Both the position numbers and the translations under genes were made by a program. DNA of 47,979 nt from NCBI GenBank assembly GCA_964462145.1, contig CAYWYB010000002.1:1-47979 (forward strand). The letters are read 5' to 3'. Source of the DNA: an uncultured Rhodospirillaceae bacterium. Lineage in GTDB: Bacteria > Pseudomonadota > Alphaproteobacteria > GCA-2731375. The first letter of the stretch is position 1; each line of letters opens with the position of its first letter. This document shows positions 46,139 to 47,979 of this stretch, one piece after another. Below the pieces are notes generated by a model. It was not told the origin of the DNA, did not search any database, and was given only the letters and a program-made list of their open reading frames with translations.

Positions 46139-47248
46139 ATGCCACAGCTAACAGCCGATTTGATTACCCGTCTTCGTGAGGAAGGCTCGCCAGAGGTGCG
46201 CCGTGAAACCGTCACCCTGTTGACGACGGAATTCAATGCCCCAGACGTGCAGCCGGCGGAACAACGTTTGGCCGAAGCAATTTTCCGCATCATGGTGCGG
46301 GACACGGACGTGGCCGTACGCCAAGCCCTGGCCGAAGGTCTAAAGGACAATCCGGCGGTGCCATCGGACCTGGCCATGACCCTGGCCCGGGACGTCGCCG
46401 AAGTAGCGACGCCGATGCTGCACTATTCACTGGTCTTTACCGATAAAGAGTTGATCGAAATCGCCCGCAGTCAGCCGGAAGCCTGGCAGCAAGCGGTGGC
46501 ACGGCGCGAAACCGTCTCGGCCCCGGTCTCGGACGCCCTGGTCGAAGCAGGCAACGAAAATGTTGTTGTCACCCTGGTGCGCAACCACGGCGCCGAGATA
46601 TCAGACGACACCTCGAACAAGGTGATTGACCGTTTCTCGGACAGCGAGGCGGTCATAACCAGCATCGTCCGCCGGCCCTCGTTCCCGCCCAAATTGGCCG
46701 AGCGTCTGATCACTGTGGTATCGGAATCCCTGCGCCAGCGCCTGAGCGCCATGAGCGGACTGTCGCCGGAAGTCGCCGACCGTTTGATCGCCCGCGGCCA
46801 GGAAATCACAACCCTGGATATCGCGGATCCAGAGGAACGCCAGGCGCACCTGGAACAGTTGGTCCGCCAATTGGACACCAAGGGCCGTCTGACACCAACC
46901 TTGATCCTGCGATCCTTGTGCACGGGCCATTTAGGGTTCTTCGAAACGGCCGCGGCCCGGCGCGCCGGCGTCGACCAGGCCAATATCCACGCATTGATTG
47001 CCAATGGCGATCAAAAGGGTGCATTGGCCCTATGCAAGGCGGCCAAGCTGCCCCGCTCCGTCGCCGAGGTGATAGCGGCGGCCAGCAAACTGCGTAACAA
47101 GATCGACGATCCCGACAGCGTCGAAGGCCGGGAAGCTTTTCAAGACCAGTTGATTGAAAGCTGCCGGGAGCGTTATCCGGATCTGGTCGCCGGCAAGCCG
47201 GAGTCCCTGATCGCCAAATTGGCGCCGTTCCTAAGCGGCACCTCCTAG
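46139..47248 (+). CDS. DUF2336 domain protein (HEAT-like repeats)
   Basis: About 370 aa of helical repeat protein with recurrent motifs of the type E.VR..LA..L. Size and composition match alphaproteobacterial DUF2336 as I recall it. Confidence 0.6.
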   Translation: MPQLTADLITRLREEGSPEVRRETVTLLTTEFNAPDVQPAEQRLAEAIFRIMVRDTDVAVRQALAEGLKDNPAVPSDLAMTLARDVAEVATPMLHYSLVFTDKELIEIARSQPEAWQQAVARRETVSAPVSDALVEAGNENVVVTLVRNHGAEISDDTSNKVIDRFSDSEAVITSIVRRPSFPPKLAERLITVVSESLRQRLSAMSGLSPEVADRLIARGQEITTLDIADPEERQAHLEQLVRQLDTKGRLTPTLILRSLCTGHLGFFETAAARRAGVDQANIHALIANGDQKGALALCKAAKLPRSVAEVIAAASKLRNKIDDPDSVEGREAFQDQLIESCRERYPDLVAGKPESLIAKLAPFLSGTS

Positions 47249-47334
47249 AACAGATCGCGTTTCTTCACGACAAAATGATGGGTTGGATTAGCTAACCGCT
47301 GGCTTGTCCGGGCCGCGCTATCTATCATCGTCGC

Positions 47335-47919
47335 ATGATCAGGATCGCACATTATACCAGGGTTATTTTGGCGGTTATTCCGGCAGTCATCCTTGCCTTC
47401 ATGCTGGACGGGGCGGCGGTGGCGCGGGCCGATCAAACCGATCCACGGCTGGATCAGTTGTTTTTCCAACTGCAGGATGTCGACGAACCGCGCGAGGCAC
47501 GGTTGATCGAACAGATGATCTGGGGTGTCTGGCTGGAAAGCAAAAGCCCCACCTTGGAATTGCTCATGGGACGGGTCGTCAATGCCATGGGGCAGCAGAA
47601 ATATGGCGAAGCGCTGGAACTTCTGCACAGCGTCGTCGCCATAGCGCCGGATTATGCTGAAGGTTGGAACAAGCGGGCCACGGTCTATTTCCTAATGGGG
47701 CAATACGATGATTCTATTGCGGATGTGGAACGCACCCTGGATCTGGAGCCCCGGCACTTTGGCGCCCTAAGTGGCTTGGGCCTTATATATATGCGGCTGC
47801 AAAAAGAAGCCGACGCGCTTGATGCGTTCGAGCGTGCCCTGATCGTCAACCCTCACCTGGGCCAGGCCAAGGCGGCGGTCAAACGCCTGCGCCCCGCAGT
47901 CAAGGGCAAGGATATCTAG
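47335..47919 (+). CDS. Secreted tetratricopeptide-repeat protein
   Basis: It has a signal-like N-terminus (VILAVIPAVILAFMLDGAAVARA) and TPR motifs (YAEGWNKRATVYFLMGQYDDSIADVERTLDLEP...). Confidence 0.8.
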   Translation: MIRIAHYTRVILAVIPAVILAFMLDGAAVARADQTDPRLDQLFFQLQDVDEPREARLIEQMIWGVWLESKSPTLELLMGRVVNAMGQQKYGEALELLHSVVAIAPDYAEGWNKRATVYFLMGQYDDSIADVERTLDLEPRHFGALSGLGLIYMRLQKEADALDAFERALIVNPHLGQAKAAVKRLRPAVKGKDI

Positions 47920-47948
47920 TTTTGTTTCGATAAGAATCGAAACAAAAC
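47919..47948 (+). terminator. Hairpin immediately after the TPR gene stop (13-bp stem, AAGA loop)
   Basis: GTTTTGTTTCGAT-AAGA-ATCGAAACAAAAC. It is followed only by a short interrupted T tract (CAGCTGTTTTCG), so intrinsic-terminator status is tentative. Confidence 0.45.
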
Positions 47949-47979
47949 CAGCTGTTTTCGCTCACGCTTGTGCGCCCAG

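Overview
This is a high-GC (about 60%) chromosomal segment. It looks alphaproteobacterial because it carries the murA / DUF2948 / hisG-hisD / UPF0262 / LMW-PTP block, a DUF2336 protein and a GcrA-type motif. I support about 45 protein genes, one tRNA and several regulatory or repeat elements.

Left third (1-17.7 kb): mixed metabolic genes, followed by the his/murA core block. The metabolic genes are a molybdopterin oxidoreductase with a thioesterase, an AhpD-like protein, an amidohydrolase, a beta-hydroxyacid dehydrogenase, an alpha/beta hydrolase and a rhodanese. There is also a tight four-gene operon: ketopantoate-reductase-like, transglutaminase-like, and two paralogous ATP-grasp ligases.

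Middle (17.7-28.1 kb): tRNA-Thr(GGU) and a degenerate copy of its 3' half bracket a 10.2 kb block. The block holds an assimilatory nitrate/nitrite cluster (nasA-nirD-nirB, divergent narK) and a membrane-anchored PP2C-phosphatase/Ser-Thr-kinase fusion. Two divergent promoters that match the sigma-54 consensus exactly lie in the nirB-narK gap. No integrase is present.

Right part (28.1-48 kb):
- a solute-symporter-fused histidine kinase with a coupled mini-ORF and a stand-alone receiver
- a RamB/PrpR (ScfR)-type regulator, divergent from a LIV-type ABC transporter, with a 27 bp palindrome between them
- a small phage-derived regulatory module: a LexA/CI-like S24 repressor, two perfect 16 bp TATACG-N4-CGTATA palindromes, a protein with only the GcrA C-terminal motif, and a DUF6456-like protein
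- manC, an M48 protease, an asparaginase-family hydrolase, an MFS transporter, a DUF2336 protein and a TPR protein

The most interesting candidates for undescribed biology are the repressor/GcrA-like module, the ATP-grasp/transglutaminase operon, and the kinase-phosphatase embedded in the tRNA-bracketed nas block. All functional calls rest on motif recognition by eye. No database search was run.
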